Shown here: in pieces, positions 1 through 11,577 of the stretch | Numbering within the stretch: position 1 is the first letter of the stretch | How the letters are laid out: each line of letters begins with the position of its first letter | Assembly: GCF_036321535.1 (NCBI RefSeq) | Contig: NC_087463.1 | Span: 5,580,001 to 5,644,000 of the forward strand | Reading direction: 5' to 3' | Length of the DNA stretch: 64,000 nt | Source of the DNA: Camelus dromedarius | Lineage: Eukaryota | Program-made: the position numbers and the translations under genes | Notes under the pieces: model-generated | The model's input: only the letters and a program-made list of their open reading frames with translations | What the model was told of the DNA's origin: nothing | Database searches by the model: none

Positions 1-1056
1 AGGGACACAAAGGGAAGTGGACCTCTGCCTCAGTCCCTCTCTGTCATCCCCTCCCTGTCTCTCTCTGTGTCTCTGGCTTTCAAGACCTGTCTCTCTCTCT
101 CTCTCTAATTCTCCACAAGCTTCCTTTCTGTGTTTTCCCCTCTCACCACCTGCCTCTTTCTGCCTCTCAGTTTCTATCTCTTTCTGGTTCATTCACACAA
201 TTACAATTTTCAGAGAAACCCACTACCCATGTCACAGGAGGCCTCAGTTCTAGCTTATTAGCCCAGAGGAGATCAAGGTTTAAAATAAGGAAAAGATGTT
301 TACAGGAAAGCCAAGATAAGGCTGTGACTGCATTTGAGGTCACTGCGGGGACAGGGAGGAAAAATAAATTGGACAGGATGGAAAAGTGAAGGCTGCAAGG
401 CCGGGTTACATCATGTTGGCCACCTGCTGCTCCAGTGGCCATGACTCTGCACCCGGTGGGCCCTCGCCCCTGCCTCGCTTGGCTCGTTCTCACAGGAGGA
501 GGCAGGGCCCAAGCCTCGGAGAAGTTCCGCTGAGACAAATTGCATTCATGGAGGAGCCGGACTCGGAGCTGCAGGTTGCTCCTCCTGGAGCACAGAGCAT
601 CTCAGGTCATGGGTTGAGTCTCTGTGGCCTGAGAGGAATGAACGATGCTCCTTCAACTCAGGACGGGGCAGGGGGCCTCCGAGAGGAACTGGTCTGCCCT
701 TCACTTAACAGAGAGGGAGTCTGAGGGTATCCGGAGCTCCACAGCCAGCTGAGGGCAGGGCCCAGCCCGCCTCCTCTCTCTGGTCCCTGCCTCTCTGATG
801 GGCAGGACGAGACCCTTGACCCCTCTGAGCATCAGGGTCTTCTCTGCAAAATTAGGGGGCACAGGGGAGAGCATTTCCAAGGGCTCCTTTCGGAGGTACC
901 AAGTGTTGTTTATGGTTATTCTCATTTGAACCTGACTCGGTTCTGCATTTTACAGTGGTCACCAGAATTCCCACATTATGGGGAGAGAGTCCTACGTTAT
1001 CTCTGTGAGATTAAGTAAGCTCCTTAAGATGCTGCAGCTCAGAGAGCTGGAATTTG

Positions 1057-1228
1057 TTGTTTTTGTTTTGTTTTGTTTTGTTTTGTGGGGTAGGTAAGCA
1101 GGTACGTAGGTAGGTATATTGGTTGGTTGATTGACTGATCGACTGACTGGTCTTCTTTAATGGAGGTGCTGGGGATTGAACACAGGACCTCGTGCATGCT
1201 AAGCACGCACTCCACCACTGAGCTGCCT
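1057..1228 (-). mobile_element. Camelid-type tRNA-derived SINE (vic-1-like)
   Basis: The minus strand reads AGCTCAGTGGTGGAGTGCGTGCTTAGCATGCACGAGGTCCTGTGTTCAATCCCCAGCACCTCCATTAAA, with A-box and B-box-like motifs, then a simple-repeat/A-rich tail. Imperfect TSD: GAGCTGGAATTTG (1044-1056) and GAGTTGAAATTTG (1229-1241). Confidence 0.85.
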
Positions 1229-4200
1229 GAGTTGAAATTTGGATCGTGATCCCAGTGGCTTATCTAGTGCCCCTCTCCCCCGGACCACCCCACCCACTGT
1301 ACTGAGCACAGGCTTGGAGGAAAAGGAGACGAGTGTGGAACTGATGGCCAAGCTCCCCCACACTCCCAGGCCCCTTCAAGTTCCCTGCCCCCAAGCCACC
1401 AGTGGCGGGCAGAACCAGGTTGCCATGCCGACAGGAAAGCAGCTTGGCCCACTCTTCTCAGGAATATCACAATGTCACATTCCCCTTTGCCTGCCAGTCC
1501 GGGTCCTTCCTCCAGAAAGTCTCCAGACAGCAGAAAGGGCCCTCTTCCCAGCTCACGTATTAACTCCCCTTAACTGGCGACTGAGTCGCTCTCAGCCCAC
1601 AGCCTCACTCTTTGCTCCAGACTTCGTGGGGCACGTTACCTGGGCCAGAGGGTTTGGCACCAGACACATCTTGGCGCTTTCTTGTATCCAGGGCATCACT
1701 TTATTACATACAGCCTCCCCATCCAACTCTCTGCTGTGTGAGGAACTTCTCTCCTTACCCAGGTTACTACTCCTCTGGGGCGGGAGCTCTTTGGAGGGCA
1801 GTGGACCCCTGAGATTCTAGGATTTATATAGTCACTTAAAACATCTTTTTCAGATTCTGATATATCATTCATAGTGGTGGATCCTCGCAGGACAACTTTT
1901 CTGGAAGACCCTTGTCCCCCAAGTCAACCCCTACCTTTTAAGGTCCACTTCAAATACTTTCTTTGCAGCAACCCTGGCCCCATCCCTTACTCTAAGTGGA
2001 GTCAGGAACCCCCCTCCTGTCTCACGGCCTTTTAGGCACATCTTTATTATTGGCTGATCGCACTGGTTCATATTTATCTGACAGATATCGAGATGTCTCT
2101 CCATCCAGAAGGTGAGCACTGAGTAGCACCAGGTGTCCCAGCCAGGAAGGTTGCAGGCAGGGCGGGGTGGGGGGTCTCATACATGTGCTTGAGGGAGAAA
2201 GAAGTTGGAATTCAGTGGGAAAGGAAGAGAAACGAATCCAGGCGTCCCAGATTCCCCCATTAAAATTGCTCCCATTTGGGTCAAGTGCTGCCACTTGGGA
2301 GGAACCTTTTATAAGAAGTTCTGCCTTGGGGAAAAGACACAAACCCCAGTGACCATGGCGCCATCACACAGGGGTCGCGCCTCTGTCTGTATATCAGAGG
2401 ATTCGCTTTTATGGGCAAGGCACCACTGAGGGAAACACCCAGGAGATGAGCAGGGTTTGCAGACAGATCGGCTGTGACGTCAGAACACTGCCTCATCAGT
2501 ATACTCATGGCAGGGCCTCATAGGAAGAGGGAGGGAGGAAAACGGGCCCTCTGCTCTCAGGGAGGACAATTAGCAAGAGGCCAGCTGAGGGACTAAGATC
2601 TGAGATGCTGGTACAAGTCCAAATGGGAATTAGGAGGCAGGCAAGCTGAGGCAGGAGCCAGGGTGCATGTACGGAAGCCTACCTCAAGGGAAAGAGAAAT
2701 GCTTGGAGACGGCACACCAGTGCCCGCGGAGCATCCCTGGGCAACAGGCTAATTCCGGTTCCTGCCAGGTGATGCAGGTGAGGCTCCCAAATGAGCTCAT
2801 GTCCTCGTCAGGTGTAGCTCAGGACCTGGGGTGAACTGGACCAGCCTGGAAGGAGTGGGGAACAGGGGAGCAAAGCCAGATGGGGAGGTTCCTGGGCCAA
2901 GGGGAAGAGTCCTGTCATACTTTACCCCTCCCACACCCAACAAACTGCCTGGTCCCGACCAAACAGACAAGAGAAATTGGTTAGAATGCGGTTTAGGAGT
3001 GAAAGAGGCTTCCAGATACCTTTCCATCATCTTGGCAGGTAACTAACTCCCAGCTTTCCTGGCCAGGCCCTGCTTACTGGAACCCTTTGTCCAATGCCAC
3101 AGGGAAAATGCAATGTCCCCTCCACGCTATTGCTCATTACAAAGAAAAATGACGGCTTGATACTCTTCCAGCAAGAGAGAATGATCTATTTCATTCAGAA
3201 GTTTGGTAATTGATTAGGGCAATAGATTTTCTCCAGGGCAGCCTCTCTGGGAGAGTCTGGCTCGGGCACCAGATTTACATACATCAGGCTCTCTCTGCCT
3301 TCAGAGTTTGACTCAGAGGATGAGATCACAAGGCCATTACTGGAGTGGGTGGTGGGCTGCAAGGGTGGGGAGGCAGAGGGAAATTCCCAGACATCATTTC
3401 TCAACAATGAGAACTGTGTCTAGCTCAGCACAGGTTCAAGGACTTTTCGGTCAGCAACTTTTAGGAAAATCCATTACCAAGTGTCTGTCTTCTCTGAGAT
3501 GTGATCAGAGCCAGTGATCCTTTGAGGGTCTCTGCTGACCAGGCTTCAGTGTAGACGGGGCCCAGAAATTCACCACTAGCCTGTGTGGTGCCTAGTCTGA
3601 CAGGCGCCCGGTGATGGCCTCATCCTGAGAGTGTATCGTGGGCCCACTGCAGAGGTCAGCGGGGCCAGCTTTTAACAAGCACTTGGTCTCTATTACAAAC
3701 ACCATCTAAGGAGCATCCTGATCTTATGCACAAACCTTTACTTCTAACTCTCTCATGTGTCTGTGGATCAAACCCTGTCATTTATCCCCCAATGTAAATA
3801 TAAGTCATTAGGGTCTCTTTCCCAAATAAATGTTTACCTTAAGCTGTATGACTAAATCTCTGATAAGGAAATCTGTAACATCATTGTATTGGTAATATGT
3901 GTGGGGAAGGGATGTAAATGTACCAGGGACAAAGCATGTTTTGTAATTGTGTAATGATGCTCCTTTCTCTGTGTCCCAACACCATCCTCCAAATTAGTGG
4001 GTGATCTATAGGACTCAAACACAAAGTCGATTGTGATGCATTTAGTTACAGTAACAGCAGTTTGAATGTAGCCCCAAATGCAAAGGTTGAAGGCTTAGAG
4101 TGTTTCGATCTTACCTTCATACATGTAAAGAACTGATGGGTGACTTGGGGCTAGATTAGCTGGCCCCAGTTGTCTGAAAGTCCTCAGTAAGAGGTGGGTC

Positions 4201-5169
4201 TGCACAGTCAGGACTGTGGCCCCATAAATCATAGGGACACAAAGGTGTCTCTCTCGGGTGATCTGAAAGAAAGAGAAACTCAACTGGTCTGTACCATTCT
4301 CACTGTACCTACTCAGACCCACGATAGAAGAATTTTCTCCCTTGACCAGCTGAGGACAGCCCCAATTTCCTTGAGGACCCCACAGACTGAAAAAACATCT
4401 CCACCTCCTTGCCTGGAGTGGCGAGAAACTGTAACCTTTCACGTCCCTCCCTGGGTAAGCATCCTGTCCCTTCTGCCCTGTGGCTAGTCATTTCATCTCT
4501 AGAACGAAATAGTTCGTTCTAATCAGACTAACAGCATCAGACACAAATGGAAAAAACAAAAAGCTTGCCCCAAGAATGATTTCAAGGAGGTGGACATCTA
4601 CCCTGATAAAACGTAAGTCCAGCCTTGTAGGTGAACTCGCCTAACTTAGAAAAGTGCTATGGACACCCGAAGTGGGAATTCTAAGGTAGACTTGACCCCG
4701 TATTTCTTGTTGAGCAAATGGTGATACTGGGAAGCGTACCAGCCAATCAGCAAATGTTATTGCATGACTATGATGCACAACGCAAGATTTTCTGAGGGAT
4801 GCAAAGATGAATAAAGCCCAACCCACACCTTCAAGATTTAGGTGGAAACTCACCAATGAAGTAACCATCGCAAATTTCCTATCGCTTACATGGCACTGAG
4901 GCAGCTACTAATATATCCACTATTATCCATTAAAATTTTCAGTAATGTAGTAATAAATGCATTTATTCTTGCTCATCGTGGCTATCTTCTTTCCTCTGTT
5001 CCTTAATTTATTGAAAACAGAAATGCAAACACCAGATTCAGTGATTCCCTGAAACCCAAGAATGTAACTAAGCATCCTGACAGCTTTCTCCTGGGGTAGT
5101 TGAGGGGAACACGCTGACCAGAAAGGAGTGGCTTTCCATTCACGGGCGTGCTCAAGTGTCCCGCGGTGC

Positions 5170-5240
5170 GCGCTCGGCACAACGGTGTCCAGCACCGAGT
5201 ACGTTGTCAACAAATACTGGTTCAACACATGAGTGATTGG
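5170..5240 (+). mobile_element. L2 3' tail fragment
   Basis: Degenerate match to the L2 terminus (CCTGGCACATAGTAGG..CAATAAATATTTGTTGAATGAA). Confidence 0.5.
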
Positions 5241-6019
5241 TTGAAAATGAGAAGTTTCCAAATGCTCATAATAGAGTCCGGAGATAACAAATTTAAACTA
5301 ACAGCCTTGTCATACCTAAGCAATCATGAAGTTAAAATCAGTTTTAAGGAGCAATTATGGAGGATGTGGACAGAGTGTAAAGTCGGTATGCAAAGACCTG
5401 GGCGCTAAGCTTGATTGATACTAATTAACCAGGCTGGCCTTGGGAGGGTCCTCCAATCTTTCCCAGCCTTGTTTCTTCATGAAGTAAGGATGGAGGCCAA
5501 GCAGAGCCAACAGGGGTGAAGAGGAAGGAACAGGGTGGGGGCGTCCCAGCCCACACTCAGGCATCCTCCGCAGCTCCCCACAATGTTGGCGGCAGACACG
5601 TGGGACTGGGAGGGCAGGCCTGTGCAAAGCCACGTGGGTGAGAACCCTGGGGTCCAAAAACTGCACCTTGCAGGACTCAGGAGCCAGAGGAAGAAGCATC
5701 TGACAGACGGCTCTCGGAGATGACACAGGGCCCGCGCCACACTCCTCTCAGGCTTTCTAAGGATGAGTGGCCCCACACCCAGACCACCTGGTGACCTGAG
5801 AAATGCCGCCCTGGAGAAGTTCAAAGTCGCTGGGTAGTGTGAAATCTTAATATTGATAAGTCATTGGGTTAGTCATTGCTAATTTCCCCTAAATCCCCTT
5901 TCTGGAGATTCTCTTTACAAAACAACATTTCACTTTCGGGAGCCCAGAGGATTAGCTATACCAAGTATAAGCCTGGGGCAAATGAGAACGTTAAACTCAC
6001 CCGGAAGGAACCGAATCCC

Positions 6020-6130
6020 CATTTTTTTTCTTTTTTTCCCCCCTTTTCCTCTCCCCATTACTTTCCTTCCCTCCTACCTTCCTTCCTTCCCTTACTTTCT
6101 TTCCTTCCTTCCTTCACTCTTTCTTTCAGC
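6020..6130. repeat. Pyrimidine-rich low-complexity tract, (TTCC)n-like
   Basis: Runs of TTCC and CTTT units. Confidence 0.7.
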
Positions 6131-6490
6131 CAAAGCCGTAAGATGGACAATGTCATAAAATGTGCAATACTCATGACAGTTGTAAAATCAGATAATACTT
6201 TGAAGACCTTGGTTCTCCTCCCAGATTTGCCACTAAAATAAGTGTGAACCTGCTGGGGCCTCTGTTTCTCTGGCCCTCAGCACCCTCATTTGTAGCATGA
6301 AGGGTCTGAACAGATCAGTGATTTTTCAGAAGCAGCCTGGGATAGCAGACTGCGGGAAGGAAAGATCAGAGATGGGGTTTCCAACCCTCCGTTCTCTCCT
6401 CAGTCAAGGAAGCTGGTTTCTTATGTGCTTTAACCAGGGGCAGGGAAGGTAACATAATAGTTCATTTGGAAAAACAAAGTGTTCTCTTTG

Positions 6491-6789
6491 CTTTTTATTT
6501 TTTAGTTGAATTATAGTCAGTTTACAATGTTGTATCAATTTCTGATGTACATCATAACAGTAGTCATACATATATTTGTTTTCATATTCTTCTTCATTAG
6601 AGGTCACTACAAGATAGTGAATATAGTTCCCTGTGCTATACAGTAGAAACTTGTTGTTTATCTATTTTATATATTTACTTAGTATCTGCAAATCTTGAAT
6701 TCCCAATTTATCTCTTCCCACCCCTATTCCCCCTTGGTAACTGTAAGTTAGTTTTCTATGTCTGTGAGTCTGTTTCCGTTTTGTAAATA
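6491..6789 (-). mobile_element. L1 3' UTR, cetartiodactyl type; runs into an assembly gap
   Basis: T-rich left end followed by a typical L1 3' UTR (ATAGTTCCCTGTGCTATACAGTAG...TCTGTTTCCGTTTTGTAAAT); similar to the copies at 30862 and 59479. Confidence 0.9.
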
Positions 6790-6982
6790 NNNNNNNNNNN
6801 NNNNNNNNNNNNNNNNNNNNNNNNNNNNNNNNNNNNNNNNNNNNNNNNNNNNNNNNNNNNNNNNNNNNNNNNNNNNNNNNNNNNNNNNNNNNNNNNNNNN
6901 NNNNNNNNNNNNNNNNNNNNNNNNNNNNNNNNNNNNNNNNNNNNNNNNNNNNNNNNNNNNNNNNNNNNNNNNNNNNNNNNNN
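6790..6982. other. Assembly gap (193 N)
   Basis: N run. Confidence 1.
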
Positions 6983-7104
6983 TTTTAAAAACGAAACATT
7001 AGGAACTCACTAAGCTAGTTGATCTCAGTGGTCCTTTGCCCCTGTGGGTTTGTAGGTTTCTACTCCTTGAGTTTCTGTCCTGCAAAAGAACTTGTGCTCT
7101 GTGA

Positions 7105-7345
7105 TGCAAAGTACAAAGAAGAGATGCAAGACAGAGTCCGTGGCTCCAGGGAGCTCACACAGCTCCAAGACTAACCTGGAGGTTAACGTAGTGTTGGGGC
7201 ACTAGCACCCTGAGAAGGAAGAGACCAGAGATGGCTGTTGTGAGCAGAGAAAGATTCACGGAGGCGTAGCATCTGAGTTGAGCCTTGAAGGATGGGTGGG
7301 CGGTGGAGAAGAGAAGGGAGAGCCCACTGTAGAGATGGAGGCTAC
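7105..7345 (-). mobile_element. L2 fragment
   Basis: CTCCAGGGAGCTCACA...CATCTGAGTTGAGCCTTGAAGGATGGG resembles antisense L2. Confidence 0.5.
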
Positions 7346-9795
7346 CCCTCCCTGAGCTGTCCTCATGCTCGCATCTGAAAGCCAGCGCAGGGATGCAGAG
7401 GAGAACAAGACATGCAGGTCCCTGTTCTCACAGAGCTTACCATTCAGGGAGACATGGACCACTCACCAAAGGACACAGTGAGTTCAGGGCCCAGTTCCAC
7501 TTGGTGACAACAGAGCTTTTCCCACGACTTCATCTGATTCTGGTTAGCTTGGGGAAGGCCTCCTGAGTCAGCAGCAGGGCAGACAAAATGACCTCCCAAA
7601 GTAACTTCTCCTGAGACGCGGCCCTGGCTGGGATTCCGAGACATTCCAATATCTGCTCAAAGGGCAGGCCCTCCCCCAACCAGACTGACCTCAGCCTTTC
7701 CCCTCCCAATAGATAATTACGCCTTTAGGTCTCCAAAGCAAGCGGTGCGGGTAGACCTTGGAAGTGGCATGCCATTTTCTGATGGGAATTAAAGGGTCTG
7801 AAGCAGCCAAAAGGCTTCCCAGCAGGAGGGCCTGTTACTCTTTTAATCGTAGCATTAAACCTCAGGCTAGCGTTACTTAAACATCCAAGCTACGGCCCCG
7901 ACTTGCCAATTAGCTTCTTTTGACGGACTCGATCATGGCCAGAGCCAATCTCACCCCGATGTGAAGGCAGCCACCAATTCTCAGAGAGGAGTCGTAAATC
8001 CTGGAACTCAAGAAACTCTCTACCCTGACCTTCCCTCTCAGAGCTTCCTCGCCTTTGGACTGATGCCTAAAATTCTTCCTCTGGGATTCAGGACATTCTA
8101 CTGAAGGCTTTAATCCCTCTCTTCCTTAGGAGGGAATATTAGGTTCACAGTGGTATAAAAAAATCAAAGTTCACCAGTTACAGAGAACAGAAAACAAGCA
8201 GCTTGCTCAGCAGGGCAGCTGCTGTAAGAGTGATGTGCTTTGTTGCAATTGTAGAAAATCATTGAATTGGAATGTCCAAATTAATCCTGGGTCTTAACTT
8301 TGACATTTTAAAGTAGATATCTTAACTCTAAAATAATAATAATAATAAAAACCACAACATCTAGGTTCAATTTGCTTTCCACTCCATCAAATAGAATAAG
8401 GAATAAGATGGATAACATATTTTCCCAATTGTAGTCCCATGCTTTAAAAGACTTGTAATCTGCCAAAGCAGAGATCACAGCTCTGGGTTACCATAGCATT
8501 TCTGAGACATCTTTGAGATACTCCATTTCATTTCACAGCTGATACAAATTCACCATGTGCTATACACTTTTGCTTTCAAATTTGTTAAATTCCACGATGT
8601 TCAAATTGATTATAATCCTTCAGAAAATTATACACCCGTTGTTTGCAGGGACCCAGTGGTAAACTCCAACCTAACTCCTCTAGGGTAGCATTTGTACTCA
8701 GTCATGTGTCCCTTCATTCAATCTATTCAGCTGCCAGAACAGTTTTAGACACTAAGATTACTGTTGGAAAGAAAAGACCCCCGTCCACATTTGCCGTCCG
8801 GAGGTGAAACAGACAGGTTAGTCAGTAACACAGCCTTATAACTGCGGGGATGGAGGAATGACAGAGGGAACCCAGAGCAAGGGACTCTAGTTTGCCTGGA
8901 GCCCCGGGAACCACAGAGAAGCGGTTCAAGCTGATGCTGTCCAAACTCACCACTGATGGTCAGGGATTAAGACATTGTAGCCAGAGCTCACCTTCCTTTG
9001 TGTTTTTGCAAAAAGGTGGATAGTCTAGGGGACTAGAGTTGAATTTTTTTCAAGTCCTTTTCTTATGGATAAAGAACAGGCAGAGCTCAGGTTTCTAGAC
9101 ACCTCTTGGTTAGAGAACCACCTTAGCTCTTTCTCCCTGGAGGGTAAAGCTGAAGGGAAACAAGCTGGTTTGCACAGGTGTCAGAGAAAAAACGAGATGG
9201 TCCAGGCTGCTTCTGGCAAGCTGAGAGCCCCAGCTGGCAGGGGGCCAGCCCAGTGGCATGCGAGTAATATAATACACAATCTAAATGCAAACGTTTGGGG
9301 CCTGTTTGGGGAATCAATTAACAATAAGCATATACACTCATTTACAAAATAGCAGTGCGCCAGCGTAGACCCACATTGTAATTGGAAACTAAAATAATAC
9401 CGGGAGGAATAATCATTAAACACTCTTCTCCAAAAAGCTAAGAATAATATTAAGAAAATAAAAAAATGTCGCCCATCTGCAGAATTAGCTCCTTAGGGAA
9501 GCACAGCAAAACACACTAACAAGCAACTGAATCTGTGTATAAATGAACTGAAATCCAACAAGGCAAGGAAAGGCGAGGTTGGGCGCAGACTAAAAAAAAA
9601 TCTTCCTTGCAGATTAGCTACCCCTGAACCAGGCAGAGTTCCATTTGATCGCTTCTTGTAAGACACAGAACGCTCCGAGGCTGGGCACAACCCTCGGGGG
9701 AAATTATCTGCCCATGTAGGGAGTCCCCAGTGTTAGTTCTGAACTTGGATCATCCCACTCGCACGCCCACACGTGAGCACTCCCACGAATACACT

Positions 9796-9830
9796 TGCGT
9801 GCACGCGCGCGCACACACACACACACACAC
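9796..9830. repeat. (GC)n(CA)n alternating purine-pyrimidine microsatellite
   Basis: 35 bp of uninterrupted alternation: TGCGTGCACGCGCGCGCACACA... Confidence 0.95.
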
Positions 9831-9885
9831 CCTTCACACCCCAAGGGGAATCCCAGACCCACAATTCACTGTGAGCTGTTGCTGG

Positions 9886-10411
9886 TGAAGGGAAATAGAA
9901 TATGACACCCCCAAAATATGTCTCTTTGGCACAAAGATTATCTTGAGCTGATTATTTTTTATAAACTGCAGACACGGGAGAAGCTCTGAAAACCAGGTAG
10001 AAATTGCCCTTTCATAAGAGACATTTATATTTATACATGAAATCTCCATTTGTAAGGGTGTCTCCCCGCTCCTACCAGGAAAAATCTCTGAAAACATTTC
10101 ATCAGTGGAGAAGGCCACACTTAAATCTGCATGAACCTTACCCTTGTTTACCGTGCCTTTCCTGGGAACCTCCCATAACTGGCCTTTCCCACCCCCAACC
10201 CCCAACATCTTTTGTCTTTAGCTGAAGACGGTACTGAAGGCTGTGGCCATTTCAAAGAATAACTCAGCTTTCCTGGGTACCACCCATATACATAAGAGGT
10301 ATACATGTGATTAAACTTTGTTTTTCTCCTGTTAATTTGTCTTTTATTACCGGGATGTCTCAGCTAAGAACCCCAAAAGGGTAGTGGGAAAATTATTTTT
10401 CCTCCCTTACA
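9886..10411 (+). mobile_element. ERV1 solo LTR, MER34/MER39-like
   Basis: TG...CA ends; starts TGAAGGGAAATAGAATATGACACCCCCAAAATATG and ends TTTTCCTCCCTTACA; ATTAAA near the 3' end; near-TSD CTGG/TTGG. Confidence 0.85.
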
Positions 10412-10477
10412 TTGGGGAAGAGTCCTTGGCAGAGAACTAATTGGGATGAGGGGATAGAGGTGAGGACAAAAAAGAAG

Positions 10478-10960
10478 AAGGCTCAAAACTTCCCCAGCTT
10501 GAGAAAGGAAACAGTCACCCAAGTCCAGGAAGCACAGAGAGTTTCACACAGGACCAACCCAAAGAGGAGCACACCAAGGCACATAGCCATCAAGTTGACA
10601 AAAATGAAGCATAAGGAGAAAATATTAAAATTAGCAAAAGAAAAGCAACAAATAACATACAAGGGAACTCCCATAAGGTTATCAGCTGATTTTTCAGCTG
10701 AAACACTTTAGGCCAGAAGGGAATGGTATGATATATTTAAAGTGATGAAAGGGAAAAACTTACAACCAAGAATACTCTATCCAGCAAGGCTCTCATTCAG
10801 ATTTGATGGCAAAATCAAAACTTTCACAGATAAATAAAAGCTAAAAGATTTCAGTACCACCAAACCAGCTTTACAACAAATGTTAAAGGACCTTCTCTAG
10901 TCATCAAACCATAAGAAAAGAGAATAAAAAGAAGAAAGAGGAAAAAAAAGGATCTACAAA
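10478..10960 (+). mobile_element. L1 ORF1p C-terminal half plus inter-ORF spacer (inactivated)
   Basis: Translates AQNFPSLRKETVTQVQEAQRV...PRHIAIKL...ITYKGTPIRLSADFSAETL*ARREWYDIFKVMKGKNLQPRILYPARLSF, with in-frame stops; native stop at 10898-10900. Confidence 0.95.
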
Positions 10961-11256
10961 AGATTGCTTTGGCAGTTTGGGGTCTTTTGTGGTTCCATAT
11001 AAATTTTGGAATTGTTTGTTCTGTGAAAAATGCCATGAGTATTTTGACAGGGGTTGTACTGGATCTGTGGATTGCTTCGAGAAGTGAGGCCATTTTGATA
11101 ATGGTGATTTTTTCCAATCCAAGAGCACAAGAGATCTTTCCATTTCTTTGTATCATCTTCAGTTTCCTTCATCAATGTTTTACAGTTTTCAGAATATAGG
11201 TAACCTCCTTGGTTCAAGTTTATTTCTAGATATTTTGTTGGTGCAATGGAAATGTT
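10961..11256 (-). mobile_element. L1 ORF2 middle fragment (post-RT region), inverted relative to the ORF1 piece
   Basis: Frameshifted KYLEINL..YSENCKTLMKETEDDTKKWKD..CSW and ILMAFFT..KFIWNHKRPQTAKAI motifs. Confidence 0.9.
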
Positions 11257-11311
11257 TAGGCCAGTTATAAAATTCTGGTTTTTGAAGTGAAAAAAAAAAA
11301 GTGAATGAAGA

Positions 11312-11470
11312 GCCACAAATGGCAAAATATCCTTCTTTCTTATGAGGGAGTTGTATTCCATACATATATATGGTACATCTTCTTTATCCACTCATCTACT
11401 GATGTGCACTTAGGATGCTTCCGTATCTTGGCAATTCTAAACAGCAGGGTATATGTATCTTTTTGAATTA
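11312..11470 (-). mobile_element. L1 ORF2 C-terminal fragment
   Basis: Degenerate WIKKM..MEY..ILPFVA segment. Confidence 0.8.
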
Positions 11471-11577
11471 ATTCTTATTTTATGGTTGGCTTTATTCCTT
11501 TGATAACTACATAAGTTTAAAAAGCTAAAGCTCTAAACATTCTTAGAGAATGAACAGTACATATATGTAATTTTTTT

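Noticed and set aside
1239-1820. 193-aa ORF
   Set aside because: Starts at TTG at a SINE edge; Pro/Leu/Ser-rich composition typical of GC-rich non-coding frames; no domain and no splice context.
2083-2103. Peptide RYRDVSP, identical to the PTP1B/TC-PTP phosphotyrosine-recognition loop
   Set aside because: Only 7 aa; the flanks do not match, a stop follows within 3 codons, and the Ser codon class differs from my recollection of PTPN1/2.
4410-4454. LEWRETVTFHVP resembling a C2-domain strand
   Set aside because: Too short, with no other C2 elements or neighbouring exons.
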